Shown here: positions 1 to 9,487 of the stretch, in pieces | How positions within the stretch are numbered: position 1 is the first letter of the stretch | Layout of the letters: each line of letters begins with the position of its first letter | Source: a virus | Virus record (IMG/VR): IMGVR_UViG_3300005095_000173 | Location: 12,786-76,785 of that record | Reading direction: 5' to 3' (one strand) | Length of the DNA stretch: 64,000 bases | Made by a program: the position numbers and the translations under genes | The notes under the pieces: model-generated | Seen by the model: the letters and a program-made list of their open reading frames with translations, nothing else | What the model was told of the DNA's origin: nothing | Database searches by the model: none

Positions 1-3
1 GAG

Positions 4-32
4 ATAGCACGCTATTTAGCGTGCTATTTTTT
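4..32 (+). terminator. intrinsic terminator
   Basis: 10-bp perfect stem ATAGCACGCT/AGCGTGCTAT, 4-nt loop, followed by a T-run. Confidence 0.75.
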
Positions 33-469
33 ATTTAACTTACACTGCTTGCTATCTCCCGACTATATTAGCACACATGAGCAAATTTATTAATAACTTG
101 TGCAAGTTTTTGCAAGTATTGATTATGGTTAATCACGAAATTGCAAGAAAAGTATTATTATAAACGGGCGGTAAAAATGTTGAAAATTTTGGGGGAGAGT
201 GTGCGTCTAAACTTACAATCCCAAAACATCACTTACTCCCCTACGCCATAAATACTATATACATTCTACCATATACTACTACCCACTTATTTACCTATAT
301 TGCTATAATCTTTTATACTTACAGAACGATAATACTTACTTATTATTGTTAACTGCCCTTAGTGTATATATGACACTATCTACGGGTTAACTGGTGTCTT
401 TCTGGGCTTTTCTACATGTTTTGCCTACCCTGAGCCCAGATTTTCCCCCCGTCAACCCCCCGAAAACCC

Positions 470-498
470 TTGACGCCCTGGGCAGGTTGTGGTACACT
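470..498 (+). promoter_or_regulatory. sigma70-type promoter for the early block
   Basis: TTGACG-17 bp-TACACT with TGTGG extended -10; same layout as eight other promoters in the window. Confidence 0.7.
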
Positions 499-623
499 TT
501 TGTCGTAGGTAATCCAGCCCTGCAACGGGCTGAATTATACCATTTAAAACAATTATACTTTCAGTATTAATACTCACAAAAATAAAGAGTATTAATACAA
601 ATTAGAGTAACTGGAGCAAAAAG

Positions 624-854
624 ATGGAAGAACTACGATGTAAACATTGTGGTAACGCTGGAGTATCTATACTCCACAACCACGAATTTTATTGTTCAAA
701 GTGCTTTGAAGAGTTATTCTCTTCAAAGTATGATACTATTAAGCTTCCTATGATTGTTCCCACCGTTCGCACGCGCCCAAAGCGTTCGTGGCGAACGCGT
801 GCCAGCAAGTACGATTATATCAGAGATATTCCCATAGAAGCGATAGAGATCTAA
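624..854 (+). CDS. small Zn-ribbon hypothetical protein
   Basis: GGAG RBS; CxxC...CxxC. Confidence 0.55.
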   Translation: MEELRCKHCGNAGVSILHNHEFYCSKCFEELFSSKYDTIKLPMIVPTVRTRPKRSWRTRASKYDYIRDIPIEAIEI

Positions 855-951
855 TACACTCTATCGCTATTTGTCGTTTAAATAACTTTTGTTCCCAGCC
901 GTTTTTATAGGTTGGGAACAATTCTTTTAAGGAGAAGGGAGAGTTAAAATA

Positions 952-1329
952 ATGGTTAAAAATTATGAAGATTATATCGGTTTAGCATTTAGTGCAGCAC
1001 AAAAATTTACTGTAACGCCTGAATTATACGAAGAAATTCGGGCTGATGGTCTTGCAAGAGATTATCGCCAAGAGGTATTAACCGCCATTGTTGAATATTT
1101 ATCTAATGGCGGTGATATTGATAAAGATCAGAAAGCGTTTTTCCGATTCGTTAATCGGAAGATTTATCGCTTTCTGGTAAATTATGGATATAAGCGGCGA
1201 AGAAATTCGCCCAAATTTACCCGACCAGAAAAGACATTTACTGAGTACTTTAAAGAAGACAACAACAATGCTCGCTTAGAGCATTCTACATTATTATCAA
1301 CAGAAAGAAAGGAGAGTGAGGAATGGTAG
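952..1329 (+). CDS. hypothetical protein, weakly sigma-factor region 2-like
   Basis: strong RBS; helical DYRQEVLTAIVEY segment; function tentative. Confidence 0.5.
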   Translation: MVKNYEDYIGLAFSAAQKFTVTPELYEEIRADGLARDYRQEVLTAIVEYLSNGGDIDKDQKAFFRFVNRKIYRFLVNYGYKRRRNSPKFTRPEKTFTEYFKEDNNNARLEHSTLLSTERKESEEW

Positions 1330-1496
1330 TAGTTTTGAAAGATAAAAACAACATCACTATTGATCTTATAGAGATTAATAGTGAAGAAGAAACATTAACA
1401 CTTGAAGACTTAGCCGCATTATCAGCATTCGCTGAAGATGCAGGCTATAAAGAGGTTATTATTTATGAAAGGATTGAAAATGTTTCAGAAATATAA
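1323..1496 (+). CDS. small acidic hypothetical protein (57 aa, not in ORF track)
   Basis: ATG overlaps the upstream stop after GAGGA; MVVVLKDKNN...VSEI. Confidence 0.45.
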   Translation: MVVVLKDKNNITIDLIEINSEEETLTLEDLAALSAFAEDAGYKEVIIYERIENVSEI

Positions 1497-1659
1497 ATGT
1501 AAGTATGAATATATTATTAGCATTATAGACGGAATACTAATGATTATTGACGGTGTTATTACCGTCGTTAGTTTAGGAAGTGTCCATACAGGATTAAGTT
1601 ACAAATTTACTATTACTGTATGGGCAAGGGTACAAAAACATTGTGCGAAAAACAAATAA
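1438..1659 (+). CDS. small hypothetical protein (true start probably further 3')
   Basis: ORF track; hydrophobic core. Confidence 0.4.
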   Translation: MQAIKRLLFMKGLKMFQKYKCKYEYIISIIDGILMIIDGVITVVSLGSVHTGLSYKFTITVWARVQKHCAKNK

Positions 1660-1785
1660 AATTTCCACTACCAGTACATGAGTTTTTATTCTCATGTACT
1701 GATGTGGGGATTTTATTCCCCAAAATTACTCGCGATTGTGGTGGTATAAAACTACCACACAAATTTAAACCTGGAGGTTTGTAAA

Positions 1786-2139
1786 ATGTTTGTCAACGCT
1801 CAGAAAGCACAGAAGATTTTCCGCCTTTCTCCCCTCGCTGTTACAAAAGATGGTAATACTACCTATATTGAGGGGAATGAATTTGAATACAAAATTATTC
1901 ACAAAGATGATTCTTTCCAGATTTTCGCCCGCGAACTGGAGGGCGAAAATAAGAAGTGGAATCAATTATTTGTTGGTATCCGTGAATATGAGGATACCAA
2001 CGGCGATGTTTATCGTCTTTCTAATCCGTATTTTATGTTTGACACCGAAAAGTTGAACTACGTTATTTCCATCAGAAAACAGCGGATGGAAGGGCTGGAC
2101 TGGAAAACTGTACATTATTACAACTTTGAGATTAAATAA
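1786..2139 (+). CDS. hypothetical protein
   Basis: GGAGG RBS, 117-aa ORF. Confidence 0.7.
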   Translation: MFVNAQKAQKIFRLSPLAVTKDGNTTYIEGNEFEYKIIHKDDSFQIFARELEGENKKWNQLFVGIREYEDTNGDVYRLSNPYFMFDTEKLNYVISIRKQRMEGLDWKTVHYYNFEIK

Positions 2140-2222
2140 AGTTTGAGTGAATCACCTGCCCACTACTAAATAATAAAAGTAGTGGGCAGATATTTGCTCA
2201 AAGTATTATAGCCTCATTAAAT

Positions 2223-2272
2223 AAAGAGAGTAGCGATTATACTAAAAGTTAGTCGCTGCTCTCTTTTTATTT
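2223..2272 (+). terminator. intrinsic terminator-like hairpin
   Basis: 17-bp stem with G-U pairs, followed by a T-rich tract. Confidence 0.55.
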
Positions 2273-2297
2273 TAATCTAATTTCTTGGAGGAAGAAA

Positions 2298-3128
2298 ATG
2301 TTTGAAGTAACCGAAAGAGGTGAAGTTGAATTTAGTATTAGTGCTGTTGAATTACTTGAAACAGCAGGAAAAATACGCAATAATTATTCTGCTAAAGCAT
2401 TAGTTGATTTAGCATTAAATAGTGGGTGTATTTATGCTGAAGACTTGGTAAAATATTATACTGATTCTAACAACCTTGAGCGGGATGTTATTTACAATAG
2501 GGTATTTTCACCTGAACGTTTTAGCGTTCAGGAATTTGATAAAAGCCATAATTACAATGGAGGATATGAATTTATTCCGCTGGGAATTTATCATTTTATG
2601 AACAATTATAAAGTAATTAAAAGAGAACTTGGTATTATCCCTGAAAAAATGTCTTTTATTGATGTAGGTTGCGGAACTGGTAATATTTTGTTTGCGGCCA
2701 AGTATTTATTAGGATTTGAACAGGTAGCAGGAATTGAATTGTCTGAAAGATTATTATATATTGCTGATCGTATTTTAAGTTGTCTTGATGTTCCACATTA
2801 TAGAGTGTATGGTAATGAATTACTGAAATATAATGACCACATTACGATGAAAAGAGCGAATGCAATTAGTTTTGATTATTCTGGATTCAATATTATTAAT
2901 ATGTATCACCCATTAGAGTTTGACTATGAAATGATAAAATTATACAAACAAGTATTAGAAACAATGGATGTCGGTAGTATTATGGTTGATCATTATCGTT
3001 TTGATATTATTGAAAACATTACTGAGATTAAGTTTATTTATAACCATGCCCCCGTCGGATCTACTGGCGGGTTTGTCAAAAAGATTAATGAGAAAACTTT
3101 TGAATTATACTACTTTGATCATTTTTAA
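2298..3128 (+). CDS. class I SAM-dependent methyltransferase (DOT1-like)
   Basis: motif I FIDVGCGTGN, then GIELS, and ANAISFDYSGFNIINMYHP. Confidence 0.75.
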   Translation: MFEVTERGEVEFSISAVELLETAGKIRNNYSAKALVDLALNSGCIYAEDLVKYYTDSNNLERDVIYNRVFSPERFSVQEFDKSHNYNGGYEFIPLGIYHFMNNYKVIKRELGIIPEKMSFIDVGCGTGNILFAAKYLLGFEQVAGIELSERLLYIADRILSCLDVPHYRVYGNELLKYNDHITMKRANAISFDYSGFNIINMYHPLEFDYEMIKLYKQVLETMDVGSIMVDHYRFDIIENITEIKFIYNHAPVGSTGGFVKKINEKTFELYYFDHF

Positions 3129-3149
3129 AATATTCTTGAGGTAGGAATA

Positions 3150-3416
3150 ATGTACAAAAATATAAAGCACCATGGTAATGATATTCATATTAACGAACAT
3201 GAAGATTATACGCATATTGTAATGTCTATTAGTGATACAATTTATGATTGGCTTATTATTAGAGATGAAGTTACAAGAAATATTAAAGTAAATTACTATG
3301 AGGGAATGAGTAACCCCCCAATTAAAACTTATGAATTTAGTAATTATTCTTCAGCGTATAACTATGTTATTGAAATGGCAAAAGAGATTATTGAAAATTC
3401 CACGAAGGAGAAATAA
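3150..3416 (+). CDS. hypothetical protein
   Basis: RBS, 88-aa ORF in operon. Confidence 0.65.
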   Translation: MYKNIKHHGNDIHINEHEDYTHIVMSISDTIYDWLIIRDEVTRNIKVNYYEGMSNPPIKTYEFSNYSSAYNYVIEMAKEIIENSTKEK

Positions 3417-3417
3417 G

Positions 3418-3714
3418 ATGGAAAAGAAAAACTTTGACGAATTGATGCAAAGTATGGCAGAAGCCGCTAAAATTATCGCAGGGGAAGAAGAACCCTCGCG
3501 AGAATTTGAATTTACTGATAAAGATTTTTATGATATTCCTGATGAGTATTTTTACAATGAAGAAAACGAGGATATTATCAATGAAGAAAAATTAGAGCGG
3601 CGCAAGAATTACGAACGCCGCAAGAAAAACAAGAAGAAGAATAACCGTCGAAAACGTAACCAACAGAAACGGCGGATTAACTTCTACGAAGAAGGCGTAG
3701 AAGATGATTTTTAA
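3418..3714 (+). CDS. protein with HigA/NadS-like antitoxin N-terminal segment and charged tail
   Basis: AAGGAG RBS before ATG 3418; FDELMQSMAEAAKIIAGEEEPSREFEF. Confidence 0.6.
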   Translation: MEKKNFDELMQSMAEAAKIIAGEEEPSREFEFTDKDFYDIPDEYFYNEENEDIINEEKLERRKNYERRKKNKKKNNRRKRNQQKRRINFYEEGVEDDF

Positions 3715-3907
3715 ATATAAAATTACAAACTGGAAGAAAGTTAAAAAGCTGAAAATTATTAAATATTTCATAGACAAATTATCTAATAAATATTTTCTGC
3801 TTTATTACATCAATGGTCATAGTTTATATGTACACACAAATTCAGAATTAATTGCTAAACTTGTAATTAAGTTTCTTGGTTATAACTACAGGGAGGTTGA
3901 AGAATGA
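3704..3907 (+). CDS. hypothetical protein
   Basis: coupled ORF in operon. Confidence 0.5.
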   Translation: MIFKYKITNWKKVKKLKIIKYFIDKLSNKYFLLYYINGHSLYVHTNSELIAKLVIKFLGYNYREVEE

Positions 3908-4161
3908 CTATATATTTAGTTATTCTCATTATGATAATTTATATTGGGGGAGCAATGGAAATGAATTATCTTCTTTATTATAAGATTAAATGTGATCAGG
4001 ATTATGTTGGGGAATTTGAATCCCGTATGATTATTATTTCAGCCATTTTCTGGCCGATTACTTTTATCACTGTCTTTCTTGATATTATATTTTATGGTCT
4101 TATCTATATTATTGTTAAACACATTCTGAAAGGAGTAGAAAATGGACGACAAAATTCTTGA
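3904..4161 (+). CDS. small membrane protein
   Basis: two hydrophobic segments, xFWP motif. Confidence 0.6.
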   Translation: MTIYLVILIMIIYIGGAMEMNYLLYYKIKCDQDYVGEFESRMIIISAIFWPITFITVFLDIIFYGLIYIIVKHILKGVENGRQNS

Positions 4162-4504
4162 ACTGTTACTTGAGATTGAGAAAGCAGCGGAAAATCTTGC
4201 GCCACAGGCGTGGGAATTATTGGTTAAAAAACAGCAACTTTCTGGTATTATTGAATTGATCATGTTTGTTATTATTGCTTCTTTTGTTATTTATATTGCG
4301 TATCGGCTGAATAAATTTGCAGACAATTATGAATGTGAAGGTTATGCCTGCGTAAATGATATTAAGTATTTGTCAAAGGCAGTTGTATTTATTATTCTTC
4401 TGTTTGGCTCTATTATTTCCTGGGGAGTTGTTGAAAATATTATTATCAAAATTGTATTGCCGAAATACGCGGCAATTCAACAATTAATTTCTTGGATGAA
4501 ATAG
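4142..4504 (+). CDS. membrane protein (paralog of next gene)
   Basis: two TM segments; MDDKILELL...APQAWELLVKKQ. Confidence 0.7.
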   Translation: MDDKILELLLEIEKAAENLAPQAWELLVKKQQLSGIIELIMFVIIASFVIYIAYRLNKFADNYECEGYACVNDIKYLSKAVVFIILLFGSIISWGVVENIIIKIVLPKYAAIQQLISWMK

Positions 4505-4515
4505 GAGAGTTGAAA

Positions 4516-4863
4516 ATGGAAGAGAAAATTCTGGATCTTTTGAACGCACTTCAGAACGCCATCGTGAAAATGGCGCCTGAAGCATGGAGTATTATGATCA
4601 AACAACAAATTACAAAAGGCGCAGTTAGTGTTTTTATTGGAATTATTGTTATTATTTTTATTACTATTGGTGGGAATCATATTATTGACTTTGGAAATAA
4701 GTATTATGCAGACGAGGAAGAAAAAGCCTCCAACAAATTGATTATTCGCATACTTCAACTTGTGTTGGTTTTTATCGTTCTTCTTTGTATCAAAGATGAT
4801 ATTATCCGAATTATCAATCCCGCGTATTATGCAATGTTAGATATTGTGGAATGGATTAAATGA
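4516..4863 (+). CDS. membrane protein (paralog of previous gene)
   Basis: MEEKILDLL...APEAWSIMIKQQ; two TM segments. Confidence 0.7.
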   Translation: MEEKILDLLNALQNAIVKMAPEAWSIMIKQQITKGAVSVFIGIIVIIFITIGGNHIIDFGNKYYADEEEKASNKLIIRILQLVLVFIVLLCIKDDIIRIINPAYYAMLDIVEWIK

Positions 4864-5045
4864 CCCATAACATCGCGGCTTACATTGTTGGATTAATTCT
4901 TAGTACTGTTTATATTAACCAAGTTTTCAATGATTATAGCATGAAAGTCAAGATATTATTGTATATACTTTGGCCACTTGTATTAGTCTCTCTTGTTATT
5001 TGGGGATTCTTTTATCTAATATATGAATTAATTGTAAACTACTAA
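4860..5045 (+). CDS. small membrane protein
   Basis: hydrophobic, LWP motif. Confidence 0.55.
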   Translation: MTHNIAAYIVGLILSTVYINQVFNDYSMKVKILLYILWPLVLVSLVIWGFFYLIYELIVNY

Positions 5046-5059
5046 AGGAGAAAAGTAAA

Positions 5060-5713
5060 ATGGGTACTATTGCAGTTGTAACACTGCCTAATGGTAATGA
5101 ATTAATTGAAACTTTAGACGGATATAAATCTTACTTGGGTAATCTTTTACTTGATTATAAAGACGACCCTTATTGTCTTTACCACGTATTAGAACGTAAT
5201 GACCCACAATTCCCTATTGAATTTGTGGATTATTGGTACAAAATCGAAGACGGGAAAGTCTATATTAAATATCATGGAAATGATTCTTGGCACAAATTAA
5301 AACGCATTAAAACTAAATTTGTTAGACGATGCCCAATTTGTGGCGAAGAAAGATATTATATGTTCTTTAATGGTGACATTTATACTTATATTGGTTGTGA
5401 ACATCATGTTAGCAGCAATGTTAAAAAGGACGAGTCCATTTTTATTTATTCTGATGATGAACCACGATTACAAGTTGTAAAAGCAATTAGTGATTCTGAT
5501 TATTTTTATGCAACATGTCCGTACTGCAAAACAGAAAATAAAGTAGCGCGTGATTATGAATGGGAGTTTGAATTAATTAAAACTTGTGAACATTTTAATT
5601 CTGTAGAATACTATGGAGAATATATTAAACATGATAGTGGATATTTCTTTGGCTCTTATATCAAAAATGTTTGGATTACTTTCAAAGAGGTTGAAAAGGA
5701 GGAAGAAAAATGA
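5060..5713 (+). CDS. Zn-ribbon hypothetical protein
   Basis: AAGGAG RBS; two CPxC...CEH units. Confidence 0.7.
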   Translation: MGTIAVVTLPNGNELIETLDGYKSYLGNLLLDYKDDPYCLYHVLERNDPQFPIEFVDYWYKIEDGKVYIKYHGNDSWHKLKRIKTKFVRRCPICGEERYYMFFNGDIYTYIGCEHHVSSNVKKDESIFIYSDDEPRLQVVKAISDSDYFYATCPYCKTENKVARDYEWEFELIKTCEHFNSVEYYGEYIKHDSGYFFGSYIKNVWITFKEVEKEEEK

Positions 5714-6609
5714 ACGAATTTGTTCACATTGGTACAGACCCTGAATTCTTTGTCATTAGTACTGGAGAATTTGATTATATTCCTGAAGGTTATTCTATCC
5801 CGCCCGTTGTTTATCGCATTGAAAACCAACTTAAACTGAAGCGATTAATTGGTATTCGCCATTACGTGTTTTGGGAAAAGAACGGTTATATTATTCATGA
5901 AGATGGTGCAGCGTTTGAACTTACTACGCCGCCGTTTAATGATATTATTGAGATGAAGAATTCAGTATTAGGAATTTTGGGGGAAGCAGAAAAAGATCTC
6001 GGTCTTAAATTCACTATTATTCCAGCGGCAAAATTTATGATTCCAGATAAATTCAAGAATAATGAAAGTTTTATTACTGCATGTGAATTCGGATGCAACC
6101 CTGATATTGAGGGTTGCATGCCTGATATTAATCTTACTACTCGTACTATTAGAGCAGATGATATTCCTTATCGATTTGGTGGGGGACATATTACAATTGA
6201 GTTTAAGGAAGAACACAAAAACCTGTTTGTTAATTATCCTGACATTTTCAGCCAATTCATGGCTATTAATGTGGGTATTCCCATGATTGCATTTACTCGG
6301 TTTCCTCACCTTCTTAAAGAGCGTGCAAAATATTATGGTACTCCGTGCAAGTATCGTGATAATAAACTTCATAAAAACTTATTTGAATACCGAACACCAT
6401 CTAATGAATGGCTTCTATTTACAGATGAGCAATTAATGACAATTCAGAAAGGTATTAATACTGCAATTAAAATGTTTACTTCAAGGGATGAAACAGCGAG
6501 GAGTTTTCTTTCTCGCTATCTCCCTGAAGCGAAAGCAATTATTCTTAGCTCTGATGTTCGTGCTGCTAAATTAGTAATGAAAGAACTTACACAATACTTT
6601 GTGGAGTAA
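5710..6609 (+). CDS. phiEco32-like COOH-NH2 ligase type 2
   Basis: IGTDPEFF, EDGAAFE, FGCNPD, RFGGGHI, EYRTPSN motifs. Confidence 0.85.
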   Translation: MNEFVHIGTDPEFFVISTGEFDYIPEGYSIPPVVYRIENQLKLKRLIGIRHYVFWEKNGYIIHEDGAAFELTTPPFNDIIEMKNSVLGILGEAEKDLGLKFTIIPAAKFMIPDKFKNNESFITACEFGCNPDIEGCMPDINLTTRTIRADDIPYRFGGGHITIEFKEEHKNLFVNYPDIFSQFMAINVGIPMIAFTRFPHLLKERAKYYGTPCKYRDNKLHKNLFEYRTPSNEWLLFTDEQLMTIQKGINTAIKMFTSRDETARSFLSRYLPEAKAIILSSDVRAAKLVMKELTQYFVE

Positions 6610-6611
6610 AA

Positions 6612-7613
6612 ATGGCCAACACTTATAAGTTTGGGACGATGGGAATTGAAATTGAATTTACTGATATTCCGCAAAATATTATTATGTGTACGCATGATGC
6701 GTCCACAGAATACATATTACAATTTGACGGACGAAGTTCCCAACGTGTTGGTGGTGAATTAGTATCTCCCGTTCTTCAAAATTATTCTCACATGTATGAA
6801 TGGGTTACTAAAAGCGTCCGACGATTATTGCAATTGGGGGAAAATATTTATGATGAAAGTGGACGTGCTTCTATCCACTTTCATATTGGTTATCCTGCTA
6901 CTAATATCAGTCTATTGAAAAAGACGCTAAAATGGGCGGTCAAAGTTGACCCCCATCTCATGCGTCTTGGTGGAATGGGAAGCACTCCACGCGGTTATAT
7001 TAATGATTTTCTTTACTATCGTCCTATTATTAGCCCTCCCGTTGTTCAAACTCGCAACGGATACGGAAGAGTATTTATCGTAGATGATATTATGAAAATT
7101 AAAACGGAGCGGGGATTTTTTACCCGCTATGGCGATAGTTATAATGTAAGTGGACGTTATGTAGCACAACGATATGTTGGTATTAATTTTTATTCAATTA
7201 TTAGAAAAGGTACAATTGAGTTTCGTCACTTTAATAAACTACTAAATGTTCCGCTTATCGGTGCGATAGCGGAATTTCTTTCACGATCTATTATTACTAT
7301 CATTGATTCATCTGAAGCGAAAATTGATAAAATTAATTCATTTGAATCAGCATTAGACTTTTCTGGTATTGATAATAAAAAGAAAGATCTTCTTCTGGTA
7401 TATTATTATAAGTCAAAATTTAGCATGGAAGAATATTACAAAGTAGCTGGAAAGAATTTATTATGCCACCTGGCAGCACGTGGTAATCTTCCTACTTATT
7501 ATGAGAACACACGCTATTGCCCGCCAGCAATTGACGAAGATTATGTTGATTATCCTTTTATTAGTGATACCCACTCTGGAGAATTTAATATTAATATTGT
7601 TTCGCGGAGGTAA
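6612..7613 (+). CDS. putative amidoligase (Amidoligase_2 family)
   Basis: GIEIEF, HDAS, ELVSP, SIHFHIG, RYVGINF, GTIEFRHF. Confidence 0.85.
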   Translation: MANTYKFGTMGIEIEFTDIPQNIIMCTHDASTEYILQFDGRSSQRVGGELVSPVLQNYSHMYEWVTKSVRRLLQLGENIYDESGRASIHFHIGYPATNISLLKKTLKWAVKVDPHLMRLGGMGSTPRGYINDFLYYRPIISPPVVQTRNGYGRVFIVDDIMKIKTERGFFTRYGDSYNVSGRYVAQRYVGINFYSIIRKGTIEFRHFNKLLNVPLIGAIAEFLSRSIITIIDSSEAKIDKINSFESALDFSGIDNKKKDLLLVYYYKSKFSMEEYYKVAGKNLLCHLAARGNLPTYYENTRYCPPAIDEDYVDYPFISDTHSGEFNINIVSRR

Positions 7614-7616
7614 TCT

Positions 7617-8720
7617 ATGTGTCAATTGACGTTGGTAAAAACTGTGAATGCTGATCTTACTAAATTTATTAGCATTAATGCAGCAGTTATTAATCCATTG
7701 AAAGCGAAAATGGATGAAAAGACTGGCCATGTTGATGGTTATGGTCACTTTATTAATCGCTCCAGTCTGTGGAAAACAGAATTTTCTGGCCATGAAATTA
7801 ATTTTAGTTCGGTTAAATTCACAAATGATCCTGCTATTATTCATGTTCGACGTGTTTCTCGTGGTATTATTAGCAAAGAGAATGCGCATCCATTTGAATT
7901 TGATTATTTTGTAGCAGCACATAACGGTACATTATCTGGTGGTTTTCTTGACGTTAAAGAAACCACTACTGATAGTTATCAATTCTTTAAACATGCTAAT
8001 GATCTAATTAAAGAAAATCCAGAGCTGTCTGTATTAGAAGCATTCAAGAAGTCTTATGATGAAATTGACGGCGGAAAGTTCGCCTTCTTAGTGTTTGATA
8101 AACGTGACAATGTTTATTATGTTATTCGCGGAAAGGCCACCTTATTCGTTTCTTATATTAAGAGTAAAAATGACAAAACAGTTGGTATTATTGTTAATAC
8201 AGAACGTGATAGTTTATTGATGAATCTTTATCTTATTCGGGCACATTACGGGTATGCTTATACAGAGCCAGAATTATTGAGTGATAATACTATTTATAAA
8301 CTTAATGAAGAGGAAATTAAACTGGAAAAGGTACCTGGGATTGAAATTAAACAAAAAACTGTTACTTATCATACTGTAACACAAGCCACTACTACTGTTT
8401 ACGATAACACAACGACTTATGAATACAAATCTGGAAAACTCAAGCGCGACGCATTGCAGATTTTCTTTAATACGAAGGTAGTAGGTTATCAGTTGACCGC
8501 AAGAGACGCTTATGCCGCATATTTGTATGCTATTATTAATGGATACGAAGACCCAATTAAACTTCTTCCAGAATTAGAAGCAAAGATTGCTAATAAAACA
8601 TATGATCCTATTATTCCGTATGCACTGCAATTCTTTATGGAAGACTTTGAACGCGAACCTGGTTATAAAGAGTTTATTGATAATATTACTATCAAACCGA
8701 AAGGAGGAAAAGAAAAATGA
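7617..8720 (+). CDS. class II (Ntn) glutamine amidotransferase
   Basis: N-terminal Met-Cys, HVRRVS, NAHPF, HNGTL, TDS. Confidence 0.85.
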   Translation: MCQLTLVKTVNADLTKFISINAAVINPLKAKMDEKTGHVDGYGHFINRSSLWKTEFSGHEINFSSVKFTNDPAIIHVRRVSRGIISKENAHPFEFDYFVAAHNGTLSGGFLDVKETTTDSYQFFKHANDLIKENPELSVLEAFKKSYDEIDGGKFAFLVFDKRDNVYYVIRGKATLFVSYIKSKNDKTVGIIVNTERDSLLMNLYLIRAHYGYAYTEPELLSDNTIYKLNEEEIKLEKVPGIEIKQKTVTYHTVTQATTTVYDNTTTYEYKSGKLKRDALQIFFNTKVVGYQLTARDAYAAYLYAIINGYEDPIKLLPELEAKIANKTYDPIIPYALQFFMEDFEREPGYKEFIDNITIKPKGGKEK

Positions 8721-9487
8721 TCTATTACATTACTACGCTTCCGAAGTACTTCCCTGTTTCGGATATTATCCGAAACGCATTAGTAGAAAAGACTGGAAAA
8801 CGAATTCTTATTTCTCGTAATCCAAAAGCGATTAGTCGATTCGGTAAGATTATCTTGAATGTTGGAACCACTTATCCTTTCGTTAAAGATCTAGCCATTA
8901 ATTCTAAAGTAATTAATCTTCCCATTACCTGCGCTATTAGTGGGGATAAAAATCGTACTTATCGCATGTTCAAAGATTATGTTAATGCTATTGAAATTAA
9001 GTATGGGTTTCCGACTAATTACCCAGTAGTAAAACGCGAAGACATTAATTCTTTTCATGGTAAGGGAATTAAACTTTGCAATTCCTCAGAAGACTTTGGG
9101 GAATTTCCTGGGTACTATTCTGATTTCATTAATTTTAATGCGGAGTACCGCGTATTTATCGCTGTATATAACGGAGAATTAAAACTTCAACGTGTATTTA
9201 GGAAAGATTTAAAGCCTGAGTTTGAAGGGCAATTTGTTCCTAAAAATGCAGAACATTGCAAATATTATCACATCTCTAAACCTAAAATTAGCGCTCTTCC
9301 TGATTTCGTTGACGGTATTATTCAAGCAATGGTGAATAAAGGTATTTATAATTTCTATTTCGGTTTAGATGTAGGTCGTGTAGAAAGAGAATTAATTCTC
9401 ATCGAAACTAACTCAGCTCCAGGAATGAATAGTATTAGTATTGACGCGTTTACTAATTTGTTGATCGAGGAGGTTCTCTATGGGTAA
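8717..9487 (+). CDS. ATP-grasp ligase (RimK/YheCD-like)
   Basis: HGKGI, EYRVFI, FGLDV, ETNSAPG. Confidence 0.85.
   Translation: MIYYITTLPKYFPVSDIIRNALVEKTGKRILISRNPKAISRFGKIILNVGTTYPFVKDLAINSKVINLPITCAISGDKNRTYRMFKDYVNAIEIKYGFPTNYPVVKREDINSFHGKGIKLCNSSEDFGEFPGYYSDFINFNAEYRVFIAVYNGELKLQRVFRKDLKPEFEGQFVPKNAEHCKYYHISKPKISALPDFVDGIIQAMVNKGIYNFYFGLDVGRVERELILIETNSAPGMNSISIDAFTNLLIEEVLYG

Noticed and set aside
1-460. Genome terminus or terminal repeat
   Set aside because: Non-coding and just upstream of the early promoter, which is suggestive, but no second copy lies in the window to confirm it
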